Position numbers and translations under genes: made by a program
The notes under the pieces: model-generated
Seen by the model: only the letters and a program-made list of their open reading frames with translations
Told to the model about the DNA's origin: nothing
Database searches by the model: none
Assembly: GCA_037443425.1 (NCBI GenBank)
Contig: JBBIOI010000003.1
Location: 43,807 to 75,806, forward strand
Direction of reading: 5' to 3'
DNA from: Deltaproteobacteria bacterium
GTDB taxonomy: Bacteria > Desulfobacterota > BSN033 > UBA1163
DNA length: 32,000 bases
Shown here: positions 8,965 to 17,856 of the stretch, piece by piece
How the letters are laid out: each line of letters begins with the position of its first letter
Numbering within the stretch: the first letter of the stretch is position 1

Positions 8965-10091
8965 TTCAGTCTCTTCTTAAAACGGAGTGAACTAATAAAA
9001 AACATTACTCCACCAAGTATAGCCAATGGTATCATTTGTGAAGCCAAGACCTCAAGCCCAACTCCTTTAAGAAATACCCCTCTAATAATGATTAAAAAGT
9101 ATCTTAATGGGCTTAGATATGTAACATATTGTAACCATTCGGGCATATTTTCCAATGGAAAGGCAAAACCTGATAGGATGAATGCAGGAATAGCAAAGAA
9201 GAAAGTCGAAATCTGTGCCTGTTGCTGAGTTGATGAGATTGTTGATATAAACAGACCAATCCCGATTGAACTTGTTAGGAACAGAAAGCTTCCCAATAGT
9301 AAAATAGCAGGGTTCCCTCTGAATGGTACCTTAAACCATGTAATACCTATTATTGCTATCAATACTACATCTATAAAACCTATCATTGCAAAAGGTATCG
9401 TCTTTCCTAAAATGAGTTCCCAAGGACGGATGGGTGTAACCATAATCTGCTCAAGTGTTCCCATTTCACGCTCTCTAACAATAGCCTGAGCTGTAAGTAT
9501 TATAGGGATAATAAAGGCTATAGATGCAATAACTCCGGGGATATAGAAGAACCTACTCTCAAGATTAGAATTAAACCATATCCTACTTTCAATCGTTACT
9601 CCTACCTCTTCAAATCGAGCCATACCCTCTCTATTAAGTTTTTGAAACATTGTTTCTCGAGAGAATTCAGAAAGTATTTGATTTATATAACCCAACGCAA
9701 TAAGGGCAGTGTTTGATTCTGTGCCATCTACAATGATCTGGATATTAGCTGTATCCCCTTTTTTAATCCTTTTTGAAAACCCGCTCGGTATTTCAATACT
9801 CAATATAATCTTTCCCTTTTTCAGTAGTGCTTCGATAGTGGATATATCCTCTGGATAGTCAATAGCCTTAAAATATTTTGAACCCAAAAATCGATAAATA
9901 AGTTGTCTTGAATCCACCGTTCTATCAAGATCCCTAAAGGCAATAGCTATATCTTTTACATCAAGATTTGCTGCATAGCCAAAAATAATCAGTTGAAAAA
10001 TAGGAGGGACAATGAGCGTTATCCTCAAACGCCGATCCCTCAGAAGCTGAATCATTTCTTTTATAAATAAATATCTTACCCTTTTAAACAT
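8961..10091 (-). CDS. ABC-2 type exporter permease (YbhR/YbhS-like)
   Basis: 376 aa. One N-terminal TM segment, a large extracytoplasmic loop, then five or more C-terminal TM segments, as is typical of the ABC-2 family. Overlaps the upstream paralogue by 1 nt. Confidence 0.8.
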   Translation of the reverse strand: MFKRVRYLFIKEMIQLLRDRRLRITLIVPPIFQLIIFGYAANLDVKDIAIAFRDLDRTVDSRQLIYRFLGSKYFKAIDYPEDISTIEALLKKGKIILSIEIPSGFSKRIKKGDTANIQIIVDGTESNTALIALGYINQILSEFSRETMFQKLNREGMARFEEVGVTIESRIWFNSNLESRFFYIPGVIASIAFIIPIILTAQAIVREREMGTLEQIMVTPIRPWELILGKTIPFAMIGFIDVVLIAIIGITWFKVPFRGNPAILLLGSFLFLTSSIGIGLFISTISSTQQQAQISTFFFAIPAFILSGFAFPLENMPEWLQYVTYLSPLRYFLIIIRGVFLKGVGLEVLASQMIPLAILGGVMFFISSLRFKKRLK

Positions 10092-11227
10092 TACCTCAGT
10101 TCCTTTTTAAAAAGACTTATTGCCAAAGAAAGTCCTCCAATCCCCATAAGTATTAATGTGATGGCCTCAAATATTAAAAGATTTAATGTCGATCCTTTTA
10201 AGAAGATTTCTTTTGAGATAGTAACATAATAACGAGGTGCAATTGCATAGGTAATGGTTTGAAGCCACAGCGGCATATTTGAAATTACAAATGTGAACCC
10301 TGAGAGAAGAAATGTTGGTAGAAATCCAATGATCATTGCCAATTGATTTGCAAAGATCTGTGTCCTTGCTATAGTCGAGATTGCCATACCAAGGGCAAGC
10401 GTAACGATAAGATAGATACATGAGAGTGAAAATAGGAGTAAATGACTCCCTCTGAATGGGACATCGAAAATATACCTTCCCATAAAAAATGCAAGAAATA
10501 AATCAATAAGACCGATAAAAAAGTATGGAAACAACTTTCCAACAATCAATTCCCCCTTTTTTAAGGGTGTTGATATTAGAAGTTCCATTGTTCCCCTTTC
10601 CCATTCTCTTACAATTACCTGTCCTGTTAGCAAAACCCCGATGATAGACATGATTACCGCTACTAAACCAGGGATAAAATAATTCTTTGATTCCATCTCT
10701 TCGTTAAACCAAACCCTTACTCTCCCATCAAGTGGGATGCTTGGCCTTTTACCAGTAATTCTTTCAATCTTTAAAAATGTCTTTTCTTGATTATATTTAT
10801 TCGAAATTGCCTGAACATAACTAAGAATTATATTAGCTGTATTGGAATCTGTCCCATCAAGTAAAACAGAAACCGAGGACTTCCTCCCTGATTTAATATT
10901 TCTTGAAAAATCCCAGGGTATTATCATTCCCATTTTAATAGCCCCACGGTCAATCAATGTCTTTATCTCATCCTCCCGATTAACAAAATTTCGAATATAA
11001 AAATAGGGTGAACCACTGAATTGATAGATAAATGTTAAGCTTTCTTGACCTCCATCCCTGTTAAGGATTGCCACAGGTACCTTTTTAACATCGAGTGTTA
11101 CAGCATAACCGAAAAGAAGCATCAGGAGAACGGGCATTAAAATCACAAGTGAAAGGCTCCTCCAATCGCGGTAAATATGGATAAATTCTTTTCTTATGAT
11201 TGCCCATGTTCTAAAAAGATTCATCAT
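10091..11227 (-). CDS. ABC-2 type exporter permease (YbhS/YbhR-like), paralogue
   Basis: 378 aa, with the same architecture as the neighbouring permease. Overlaps the upstream ATPase gene by 4 nt. Confidence 0.8.
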   Translation of the reverse strand: MMNLFRTWAIIRKEFIHIYRDWRSLSLVILMPVLLMLLFGYAVTLDVKKVPVAILNRDGGQESLTFIYQFSGSPYFYIRNFVNREDEIKTLIDRGAIKMGMIIPWDFSRNIKSGRKSSVSVLLDGTDSNTANIILSYVQAISNKYNQEKTFLKIERITGKRPSIPLDGRVRVWFNEEMESKNYFIPGLVAVIMSIIGVLLTGQVIVREWERGTMELLISTPLKKGELIVGKLFPYFFIGLIDLFLAFFMGRYIFDVPFRGSHLLLFSLSCIYLIVTLALGMAISTIARTQIFANQLAMIIGFLPTFLLSGFTFVISNMPLWLQTITYAIAPRYYVTISKEIFLKGSTLNLLIFEAITLILMGIGGLSLAISLFKKELR

Positions 11228-12168
11228 TTAGCCTCAATTCTTTTGATCAGTAATACGAAAACATCTTCCAGAGATGGTGAAATCCAGTCAATTCTTTCTA
11301 CAAGGATCTTATTCTTTTCCAATAAAACCTTTATCCTTTCAGTTTCAATCTCATCTTTTAATACGATATGAAGGCCATTTCCAAAAATCGAAATTTCATA
11401 AATCCACGATTCCCTTTTCAACAGATCATAAGCAGGGATAATAGGCCCACATCTAATCTCCATAATCCCTTTTTTATGTGCACTCCATTTTAATTCAGTT
11501 GGGCTCCCGAGTGCTATGATCTTTCCTTGATAGATCATTGCTAATCGATCACAATATTCAGCCTCATCCATATAATGGGTGGTAACAAAGATAGTTACAC
11601 CATTGTCTGACATCTGTTGAATAATTGACCAGAAATTTCTCCTCGAGATTGGATCAACTCCAGCGGTTGGTTCATCCAAAAAGAGTATCGATGGCTCATG
11701 TAGTAATGCACAACCCAAGGCAAGTCTTTGTTTTAGACCTACGGCCAGTGTTTTGGTTATTTGAGTTTTATAATCTTTTAATTTAACCAACTTAAGAACC
11801 TCTTCTTCTCTTTGCCTTTGCTTTGAACCCGAAAGGCCATAAATACCGCCAAAAAAACGGAGATTCTCTATAACGGTCAGATCCTCGTAGAGTGAAAATT
11901 TTTGCGACATATATCCAATAACCTGCTTTATCCTCTCATGTTCTTTTATGATATCAAAACCAAGGACCTTACCTTTTCCGTAGGTGGGCATTAAAAGTCC
12001 ACATAGCATTCTTATTGTTGTGGATTTTCCAGCGCCATTGGGTCCTAAGAAACCAAAGATCTCTCCCTGCTTGACCTTAAAACTTATATGATCAACAGCT
12101 ACAAACTCACCAAATATTTTAGTAAGCTTTTCAATTTCAACTGAATAATCAACCATAAAATTATTCAC
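11224..12168 (-). CDS. ABC transporter ATP-binding protein
   Basis: 314 aa. Walker A GPNGAGKST, signature region LAVGLKQRL, and Walker B ILFLDEPT. Confidence 0.9.
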   Translation of the reverse strand: MNNFMVDYSVEIEKLTKIFGEFVAVDHISFKVKQGEIFGFLGPNGAGKSTTIRMLCGLLMPTYGKGKVLGFDIIKEHERIKQVIGYMSQKFSLYEDLTVIENLRFFGGIYGLSGSKQRQREEEVLKLVKLKDYKTQITKTLAVGLKQRLALGCALLHEPSILFLDEPTAGVDPISRRNFWSIIQQMSDNGVTIFVTTHYMDEAEYCDRLAMIYQGKIIALGSPTELKWSAHKKGIMEIRCGPIIPAYDLLKRESWIYEISIFGNGLHIVLKDEIETERIKVLLEKNKILVERIDWISPSLEDVFVLLIKRIEAK

Positions 12169-13106
12169 TTTCGATCAATGTGTTTATCCCTTCTATTTCT
12201 AACCATATAGACAAAGGCATCCTCAAGGGAAGGCCTTACTCTCTCGAGGCTTAATATCTTAATGGCCTCTTTTTCAGCGATCTCCCTAATTAATCTTTCC
12301 CCTTCTATTTGTTCATCCATAAAGATATGGATCTTATCTCCGGATAATAATGAACTTTTAAATATCTTTACCTCATCAATTAATCTGATTATTCTTCGAT
12401 TATTGTCAGTCCTTAATTCGAAAATAGCTTCCTTTATCATGTCTTTTATTTTATTTGGCATATCTGTAACAAGAATTTCTCCTTCGTATATCAATGCGAT
12501 GCGATTACATCTCTCTGCCTCATCAAGATAAGAGGTCGAGAAAAGTATCGTTACACCTTCTTTTAAGAGTTCATAAAGTATTATCCAGAAATCCCTCCTT
12601 GAAAGTGGATCAATCCCTGATGTGGGCTCATCAAGAAGCAGGATTTCAGGTTTATGTATAAGCGCACATATAAGGCCCAGTTTTTGCCTCATCCCGCCTG
12701 AAAGATTTTGTGCCTTATGTTTCTTAAAATTCTCAAGGTTTGCAACTTTTAGAAGCCTCTCAATCCTTTCTTGTTTTACCCTTCTCGGAACTTTATAAAT
12801 ATCTGCATAAAAATTGATATTTTCAATTACTGTTAAATCATTATATAGGGCAAATCTTTGAGGAAGATAACCAACCTTTTCTTTAATAAGATCTCCATCC
12901 TTTTTTATATCTAAACCTGCAATTTTAGCTTCTCCATGGTCAGGCGGTAAGATGCCACATAAGATCCTAAGAATAGTGGTCTTACCTGAAGCATCTGGAC
13001 CAACAAGACCAAATATCTCTCCCTTTTTCACTTCAAGATTTAAATCCTTCACTGCAATTAAGGAATTAAAGATTTTTGTGAGATTTGATGTTTGAATACA
13101 AAGCAT
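12165..13106 (-). CDS. ABC transporter ATP-binding protein (second ATPase; degenerate Walker A GPDASGKT)
   Basis: 313 aa. Walker A-like GPDASGKTT, signature LSGGMRQKL, and Walker B LLLLDEPTSG. Confidence 0.9.
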   Translation of the reverse strand: MLCIQTSNLTKIFNSLIAVKDLNLEVKKGEIFGLVGPDASGKTTILRILCGILPPDHGEAKIAGLDIKKDGDLIKEKVGYLPQRFALYNDLTVIENINFYADIYKVPRRVKQERIERLLKVANLENFKKHKAQNLSGGMRQKLGLICALIHKPEILLLDEPTSGIDPLSRRDFWIILYELLKEGVTILFSTSYLDEAERCNRIALIYEGEILVTDMPNKIKDMIKEAIFELRTDNNRRIIRLIDEVKIFKSSLLSGDKIHIFMDEQIEGERLIREIAEKEAIKILSLERVRPSLEDAFVYMVRNRRDKHIDRK

Positions 13107-13110
13107 GTAA

Positions 13111-14109
13111 TTAATGTTTTTGAGGATTTGAATCTAACAATATAAGTCCATCAGCAGGCATACCTGGCTTAAGCTCCCTTTCATTATTCGGGATACTTAT
13201 CTTTATCCTATAAACCAGGGTCACCCTTTCTTTTTCTGTTTGAATACTTTTGGGAGTAAATTCTGCCTGTGAAGAGATATAAGTTATTTTCCCTTTGTAT
13301 TGCTTTTTTGGGGTCATATCGGTTGTAACTATTACCTCTTGACCCCATTTCATCTTCCCAAGATCGGTTTCAGGTATATAGGCCCTTAGCCAAACATTTT
13401 CAATATCCGCCAATGTAAGAACAGATGTCCCTGGATTAACAATCTCCCCTACTTCAGCAGATTTGACCAATACAATCCCTGAAATGGGCGAGTAAAGGCT
13501 TGTATAACTTAATTGTGTTTCTGAGAGTTTAAGCTGCGCACGTGCTTGCTCCACTTGTGCTTTTGCATCCTCAATATCTTCCTTTCGAGGTCCCTCTTTT
13601 ACAAGCTCAAAATTCTCCTTTGCCATCTGAAACGATGCCTGTGCAATCTTATATCCTGTTTCTGCATTATCGAGCATCTCCTTTGGGATAACATGCCTTT
13701 CGAAAAGGGCCTTCATCCTTTCGTATTGAACTTTTTTATTCTCCAAATCAAATTGGGCCTGATTTAGTCGGGCTTCGGCCTCTCTTAATTCTTCTGGTCT
13801 TGAACCAGCCAGTAGTTTATTCAGCCTTGCCTGTGCTGAATGAAAGGCTGCCTTTGCAAGCTCGAATCTATACCTTAGATCCTCATCATCAAGCTTTGCA
13901 ATTATCTTCCCTTTCTCAATCCAGTCGCCTTCTTTGACATAAATTTGGGTTATCCTGCCAGATATTTTAAATCCTACGTTCACCTCTGTAGCCTCAATAT
14001 TCCCAGAGACTTTTATGTAATTGTTCCCCTTGTTCTTTTGAGGAAGAAGAAAATATATAAATATAGAAATGAAGGCAATTATTATTATAAAAACGAAAAT
14101 TTTCCTCAT
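13111..14109 (-). CDS. HlyD-family periplasmic adaptor (YbhG-like)
   Basis: 332 aa. N-terminal TM anchor, a biotinyl-lipoyl-like segment (GRITQIYVKEGDWIEKG), long coiled-coil repeats, and a C-terminal beta-barrel. It is the first gene of the exporter operon. Confidence 0.85.
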   Translation of the reverse strand: MRKIFVFIIIIAFISIFIYFLLPQKNKGNNYIKVSGNIEATEVNVGFKISGRITQIYVKEGDWIEKGKIIAKLDDEDLRYRFELAKAAFHSAQARLNKLLAGSRPEELREAEARLNQAQFDLENKKVQYERMKALFERHVIPKEMLDNAETGYKIAQASFQMAKENFELVKEGPRKEDIEDAKAQVEQARAQLKLSETQLSYTSLYSPISGIVLVKSAEVGEIVNPGTSVLTLADIENVWLRAYIPETDLGKMKWGQEVIVTTDMTPKKQYKGKITYISSQAEFTPKSIQTEKERVTLVYRIKISIPNNERELKPGMPADGLILLDSNPQKH

Positions 14110-14142
14110 TTAAGTATCCCTTTATAAGATTAAAACAAAAAA

Positions 14143-14171
14143 ATTATAGTTTCTATCTCTTAGCTTGTCAA
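14143..14171 (-). promoter_or_regulatory. Consensus sigma70 promoter of the HlyD/ABC exporter operon
   Basis: The minus strand reads TTGACA (14171-14166), a 17-nt spacer, then TATAAT (14148-14143), so both hexamers are perfect. It lies about 34 nt upstream of the ATG at 14109, with AAGGGA as a likely SD. Confidence 0.6.
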
Positions 14172-14180
14172 AATTTAATT

Positions 14181-14407
14181 ATGAGACCTCTGAAAAAGTC
14201 ATTGAAAGACTGGGGAGGTAGGGTTCAAAACCCTTCGAATGCGGGCTTTTAATGTTTAAATTGCTAACAATCGCTTTAGAAAAAAACCAATTATTTTAAG
14301 GGGATTAATCAATAGTGCTAATCTAATAAAGGTATCCGCTCGAAGGGTTTTTCACCCCACCTCCCCATTTATGAAAGAATTTTTAAATAGTTTTTCAGAG
14401 GTCTCAT
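14181..14407. mobile_element. MITE family A, full-length copy (227 bp)
   Basis: Perfect 17-nt TIRs: ATGAGACCTCTGAAAAA (14181-14197) and TTTTTCAGAGGTCTCAT (14391-14407). A second-tier inverted repeat is GGGGAGGTAGGGTTCAAAACCCTTCGAATGCGG (about 14212-14244) vs CCGCTCGAAGGGTTTTTCACCCCACCTCCCC (about 14337-14367). ATTAT occurs at both junctions (14178-14182 and 14406-14410). There is no coding capacity. Confidence 0.7.
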
Positions 14408-14439
14408 TATGAGTTGTAAGCATCTTTTTTTACGTGATG

Positions 14440-14800
14440 AGGTTATATGGTTTATCTGGCAAATTCTTTACGGCCGTCTTGCCGTTTTCACTGGAATGAC
14501 GCAGATGAGAGTAGAGATTAAATTAATGCTTCGGAATAAGATCGGAATGAAAATTTTGAAGAGAGCGCTTCGGCTTCGCCTCGCAATGAGACCTTTCACC
14601 CCAACTGGTTTATTTTTAATAGTTTTTAAGACCTCTTTATTTAAAGGGAAGGTATAGAGGGGATTAATTATTTAAGTGCTTTCTAAGGTGAGGCTCCATC
14701 ATTGAATTCTTCATTAATTTGGCCTAAACTTATCTTTGTCGTCTATAGAACTAAAGGATACGAGGGTTTTCTATGAAATCTTTTTCTGTCATTCTGATGT
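14440..14800. repeat. Degenerate/rearranged MITE-A fragments and REP-like modules
   Basis: Fragments resemble parts of the 14181-14407 element:
- ATGAGACCT at 14586;
- TTCACCCCAACTGG...TTTTAATAGTTTTTAAGACCTC;
- GAGGGGATTAATTATTTAAGTGCT vs AAGGGGATTAATCAATAGTGCT;
- GGATACGAGGGTTTTCTATGAAA vs GGTATCCGCTCGAAGGGTTTTT.

GCGTCATTCC and CATTGCGAGGCGAAGCCGAAGCG modules are also present on the minus strand. Boundaries are approximate. Confidence 0.4.
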
Positions 14801-14819
14801 GTGGTAAAGAATTTCTAAA

Positions 14820-14848
14820 TTTAAATATTAACTGTTAAGTGATATAAT
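14820..14848 (+). promoter_or_regulatory. Candidate extended -10 promoter of the E1/MoaD-like operon
   Basis: TGaTATAAT has TG at 14840-14841 and TATAAT at 14843-14848. TTTAAA lies at 14820-14825 after a 17-nt spacer, about 80 nt upstream of the ATG at 14928. Confidence 0.45.
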
Positions 14849-14927
14849 ATTTGCGCACTGGACCCGTCGAATCTTCGATCCTTTTTAGAGAAATTTCTCG
14901 ACCACGCCTTATTTAAGGGGGGTAAAA

Positions 14928-15671
14928 ATGCTTAATGAAATTGAAAGGATAAGATATGATAGACAGATCATGATTAAAGATATTGGAGAGAAAGGTCAAG
15001 AAAAACTTAAAAACTCCCGAGTCGTTATTGCAGGCGCTGGAGGCCTTGGCTCCCCTATTGCAATCTATCTTACAGCAGCAGGGATTGGAAAGATTAGAAT
15101 CATAGACAATGATACAGTAGAATTAAGTAATCTAAATCGTCAGATACTTCATTGGGAAATTGATATAGGAAAAAGTAAGGTTGACTCTGCAAAAGATAAA
15201 TTAAAAAAGATGAATAGTCAAATCGAGATTGAGGCTATTTGCGAGAAAATTACAGAACAAAATGTCTCAACCCTTCTAAATGGTTTTGATGCAATAGTGG
15301 ATGCTATGGATAATCTATATACACGATACATTATAAATCGCTTTGCTATAGATAGCCACACACCATTTTTTCACGGTGCAGTAAAAGGGTTTGAAGGAAG
15401 GGCAATGACAATTATCCCTGGAAAATCTGCTTGTCTAAGATGTCTTTTCCGTGGAGATATTCCCCAGGAAAAATTTCCAGTCATTGGTGTAACTCCCGGC
15501 ATTATTGGATTGATTCAAGCTACTGAGGTCATCAAATATCTTTCTGGAATTGGTAATCTATTGATTAATCGGTTATTATTATTTAATGGAATAGATATGA
15601 GCTTCCAAGAATTCATGGTCAAAAAAAATCCTGATTGTGATCATTGTGGATCTAATCTTAGAAAGGAGTAA
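14928..15671 (+). CDS. ThiF/MoeB/HesA-family adenylyltransferase (E1-like), no rhodanese domain
   Basis: 247 aa. Nucleotide loop IAGAGGLGSP, RYDRQI, LNRQ, and zinc tetrad CLRC...CDHC. SD is AAGGGGGG. Confidence 0.85.
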   Translation: MLNEIERIRYDRQIMIKDIGEKGQEKLKNSRVVIAGAGGLGSPIAIYLTAAGIGKIRIIDNDTVELSNLNRQILHWEIDIGKSKVDSAKDKLKKMNSQIEIEAICEKITEQNVSTLLNGFDAIVDAMDNLYTRYIINRFAIDSHTPFFHGAVKGFEGRAMTIIPGKSACLRCLFRGDIPQEKFPVIGVTPGIIGLIQATEVIKYLSGIGNLLINRLLLFNGIDMSFQEFMVKKNPDCDHCGSNLRKE

Positions 15672-15674
15672 AAT

Positions 15675-15947
15675 ATGCCTGTTAAGATCCATATCCATAC
15701 AACCCATAGACAATTTACTGATGGCCAAGAATCTGTGAATGTCGAAGGTAAGACTGTCGGAGAATGTTTAAATAATCTAATAAAAAAGTTTCCAAAGATG
15801 GAAAAGGCTATCTTTGCCAAGAAGGATAAATTACTTAACAATATAGAGGTCTATCTAAATCACGCCAGCGCCTATCCAGATGAACTTTCAAAGCCTGTGA
15901 AAGATGGAGATGAGATTCACCTTATTACAATGCTGGCCGGAGGTTAA
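15675..15947 (+). CDS. MoaD/ThiS-family ubiquitin-fold sulfur carrier ending in Gly-Gly
   Basis: 90 aa. The C-terminus ...DGDEIHLITMLAGG is followed directly by a stop. SD GAAAGGAG. Begins 3 nt after the E1 stop. Confidence 0.8.
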   Translation: MPVKIHIHTTHRQFTDGQESVNVEGKTVGECLNNLIKKFPKMEKAIFAKKDKLLNNIEVYLNHASAYPDELSKPVKDGDEIHLITMLAGG

Positions 15948-15948
15948 T

Positions 15949-16140
15949 ATGAATAGTGGATTAAATAAAGATATTACGCTTATGTGGCAGATGATCTGTA
16001 ATGAATGTAAGTCCAAATTTGAAGTTAAAGCTCCAAAAGGTCCAAAAGAAGAAAAGACTTTAAGATGCCCAAGGTGTGGGAGTAAAAATATCCAACAGGC
16101 TAAAGAATCTTCTACTGTACCAGCTCAATGTGGTGGCTGA
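15949..16140 (+). CDS. Small zinc-ribbon protein (FmdB-like CxxC...CxxC) ending in Cys-Gly-Gly
   Basis: 63 aa from the ATG at 15949, with GGAGG 5 nt upstream located inside the MoaD-like stop region. CNEC...CPRC zinc ribbon. C-terminus ...VPAQCGG, followed by TGA then TAA. The ORF-track start at 15904 would overlap the MoaD-like gene and lacks an SD. Confidence 0.65.
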   Translation: MNSGLNKDITLMWQMICNECKSKFEVKAPKGPKEEKTLRCPRCGSKNIQQAKESSTVPAQCGG

Positions 16141-16146
16141 TAATGT

Positions 16147-17508
16147 TTAAAAATGGCCGTGAGCCATTCTTCTTAGAATCTCATTTGCCGCAATCATACC
16201 ACTAATCGATGCTTGAATTAGTCCCCTTGTAATACCTGCCCCATCACCCACAAAAAAGAGATTTTTTATTTCTGTCTCTAAAACTGAGGAAAGTTTTATA
16301 CGATTGGTGTAAAATTTTACTTCAACACCATAAAGAAGTGTGTGCCTTGAAAAGATTCCTGGTGTTACTCGATCCATAGCCTCGAGCATCTCTATTATGC
16401 TCTTCAGGTGTCTATAGGGTAGAACAAAACTGAGATCTCCTGGAGTAGCTGAGGTAAGGGTTGGTTGAGTAATGCATCGACTTATACGTTCAGGAGTAGA
16501 ACGTCTCCCATCAAGAAGATCTCCCAGCCTCTGAATAATCACACCTTTACCAAGAATATTGGCTAACCTTGTAATATATTTCCCATAGCCAATTGGGTCA
16601 TTGAAAGGCTCTGTAAATCTATTTGAAACAAGGATTGCAAAATTTGTATTCTCTGTCCTTCTCTCTGAATAACTATGACCATTCACAGTGATGATATCAT
16701 CAATTGTCTCTGTAACGACCTCTCCATAAGGATTCATGCAGAATGTTCGAACCCTATCATCGAATGTCTTTGAATAATATATTAATTTTGCCTCATATGC
16801 AATATCAGTAAGTTTTGAAAGGATTGAGGCAGGTGCCTCAACACGAACTCCTATATCTACTGGACTTGGAACAGATGGGATCCCTAAACGTCCAATCTCC
16901 TTCTTAATCCACTCTGCCCCTGCTCGTCCTGGTCCACATATTATATATTCAGCATCAATTTGATCTCCATTTTGAAGTAAAATACCTCTGGCCCTTCTAT
17001 TCTCTGTAAGAATCTCCTTTACAGGACTCTCGAAAAAGATATTCACTTTATCTTTAATCTCCTCTTTTATCCTTTTCAGGAGAGGAACACAGTTTTCTGT
17101 CCCGAGGTGTCTTATTACCATGGGAATGAATTCCAATCCTGCCTGTTTTGCTTCGTGATAAAGAATTTCGGTTTTGTCAGAAGACAGCCCTTTTAATTCT
17201 TTTGGTGCGCCAAAGGATAAATAAATCTCATCTGCCTTTTTAATAAAACTTATTAATTCATTGTTTGAAATGAATTCATTTAGGAATCCTCCCACATGAG
17301 GTGAAAGCGTGAGCTTACCATCACTGAATGCACCTGCTCCACCCCATCCACAGAGAAGGTCCATCCCATCCCCTCTTTTCCTTTTTTCTATATCCTTTCC
17401 CTTTTCAAAAATCGCAATGTCACTTATTCCAGCTCTCGAGAGTATAAGTGCAGAAAATATGGATGAAGGACCTGCTCCAACAATAACAACTCTATATCTC
17501 TTTTCCAT
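16147..17508 (-). CDS. FAD-dependent protein of the COG2509 (NAD(FAD)-utilizing dehydrogenase) type
   Basis: 453 aa. N-terminal VVIVGAGPSSIFSAL dinucleotide fold and C-terminal FFVGDGAGITRGLIQASISG motif. Confidence 0.75.
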   Translation of the reverse strand: MEKRYRVVIVGAGPSSIFSALILSRAGISDIAIFEKGKDIEKRKRGDGMDLLCGWGGAGAFSDGKLTLSPHVGGFLNEFISNNELISFIKKADEIYLSFGAPKELKGLSSDKTEILYHEAKQAGLEFIPMVIRHLGTENCVPLLKRIKEEIKDKVNIFFESPVKEILTENRRARGILLQNGDQIDAEYIICGPGRAGAEWIKKEIGRLGIPSVPSPVDIGVRVEAPASILSKLTDIAYEAKLIYYSKTFDDRVRTFCMNPYGEVVTETIDDIITVNGHSYSERRTENTNFAILVSNRFTEPFNDPIGYGKYITRLANILGKGVIIQRLGDLLDGRRSTPERISRCITQPTLTSATPGDLSFVLPYRHLKSIIEMLEAMDRVTPGIFSRHTLLYGVEVKFYTNRIKLSSVLETEIKNLFFVGDGAGITRGLIQASISGMIAANEILRRMAHGHF

Positions 17509-17856
17509 ATCTAAATTCTTTATACGATAAAAACTTTTTTATAACAATAGCAATGAACAGGCTTCTTTTGACTAAAAGATATTATATGAAAAATAAATAG
17601 GGCAATTGCTTAATATTGAAAAATTCAATTTGACATATAGAAATTTTTAATTTAATTAGACTTTAGATTTCAGGAGCAGCTAAACAATATTTTATTTAAA
17701 GAAAGAGGTAAAAGATGGGAAGATATGAAGCTCCCTTTTCTCTTAAATGAAAGGGCCTTTTAGGCCGATATAGGCCTGGTTCAGGTCTAAGATTTAAAGG
17801 AAGGAGAGAAAAGGTGATATTTATATCTTGCTTATTATAATTTTTATTTACCTGCC

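Noticed and set aside
14409-14657. An 82-aa ORF in the 14.1-14.9 kb intergenic region.
   Set aside because: It is assembled entirely from MITE/REP fragments, has no SD and shows no recognisable motif. I treat the region as non-coding.
14888-14899. A perfect 12-bp palindrome GAGAAATTTCTC in the E1 operon leader, as a possible operator.
   Set aside because: Several 12-bp palindromes are expected by chance in 32 kb of AT-rich DNA, and no second site or cognate regulator gene was seen.
14928-16140. The E1-like plus ubiquitin-fold pair as a ubiquitin-like conjugation or anti-phage system (Bil, CBASS Cap2 or 6A-MBL type).
   Set aside because: No E2-like domain, JAB/DUB peptidase or effector gene is adjacent. 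The E1 is a plain MoeB/ThiF-size protein, so a sulfur-carrier role is far more parsimonious.
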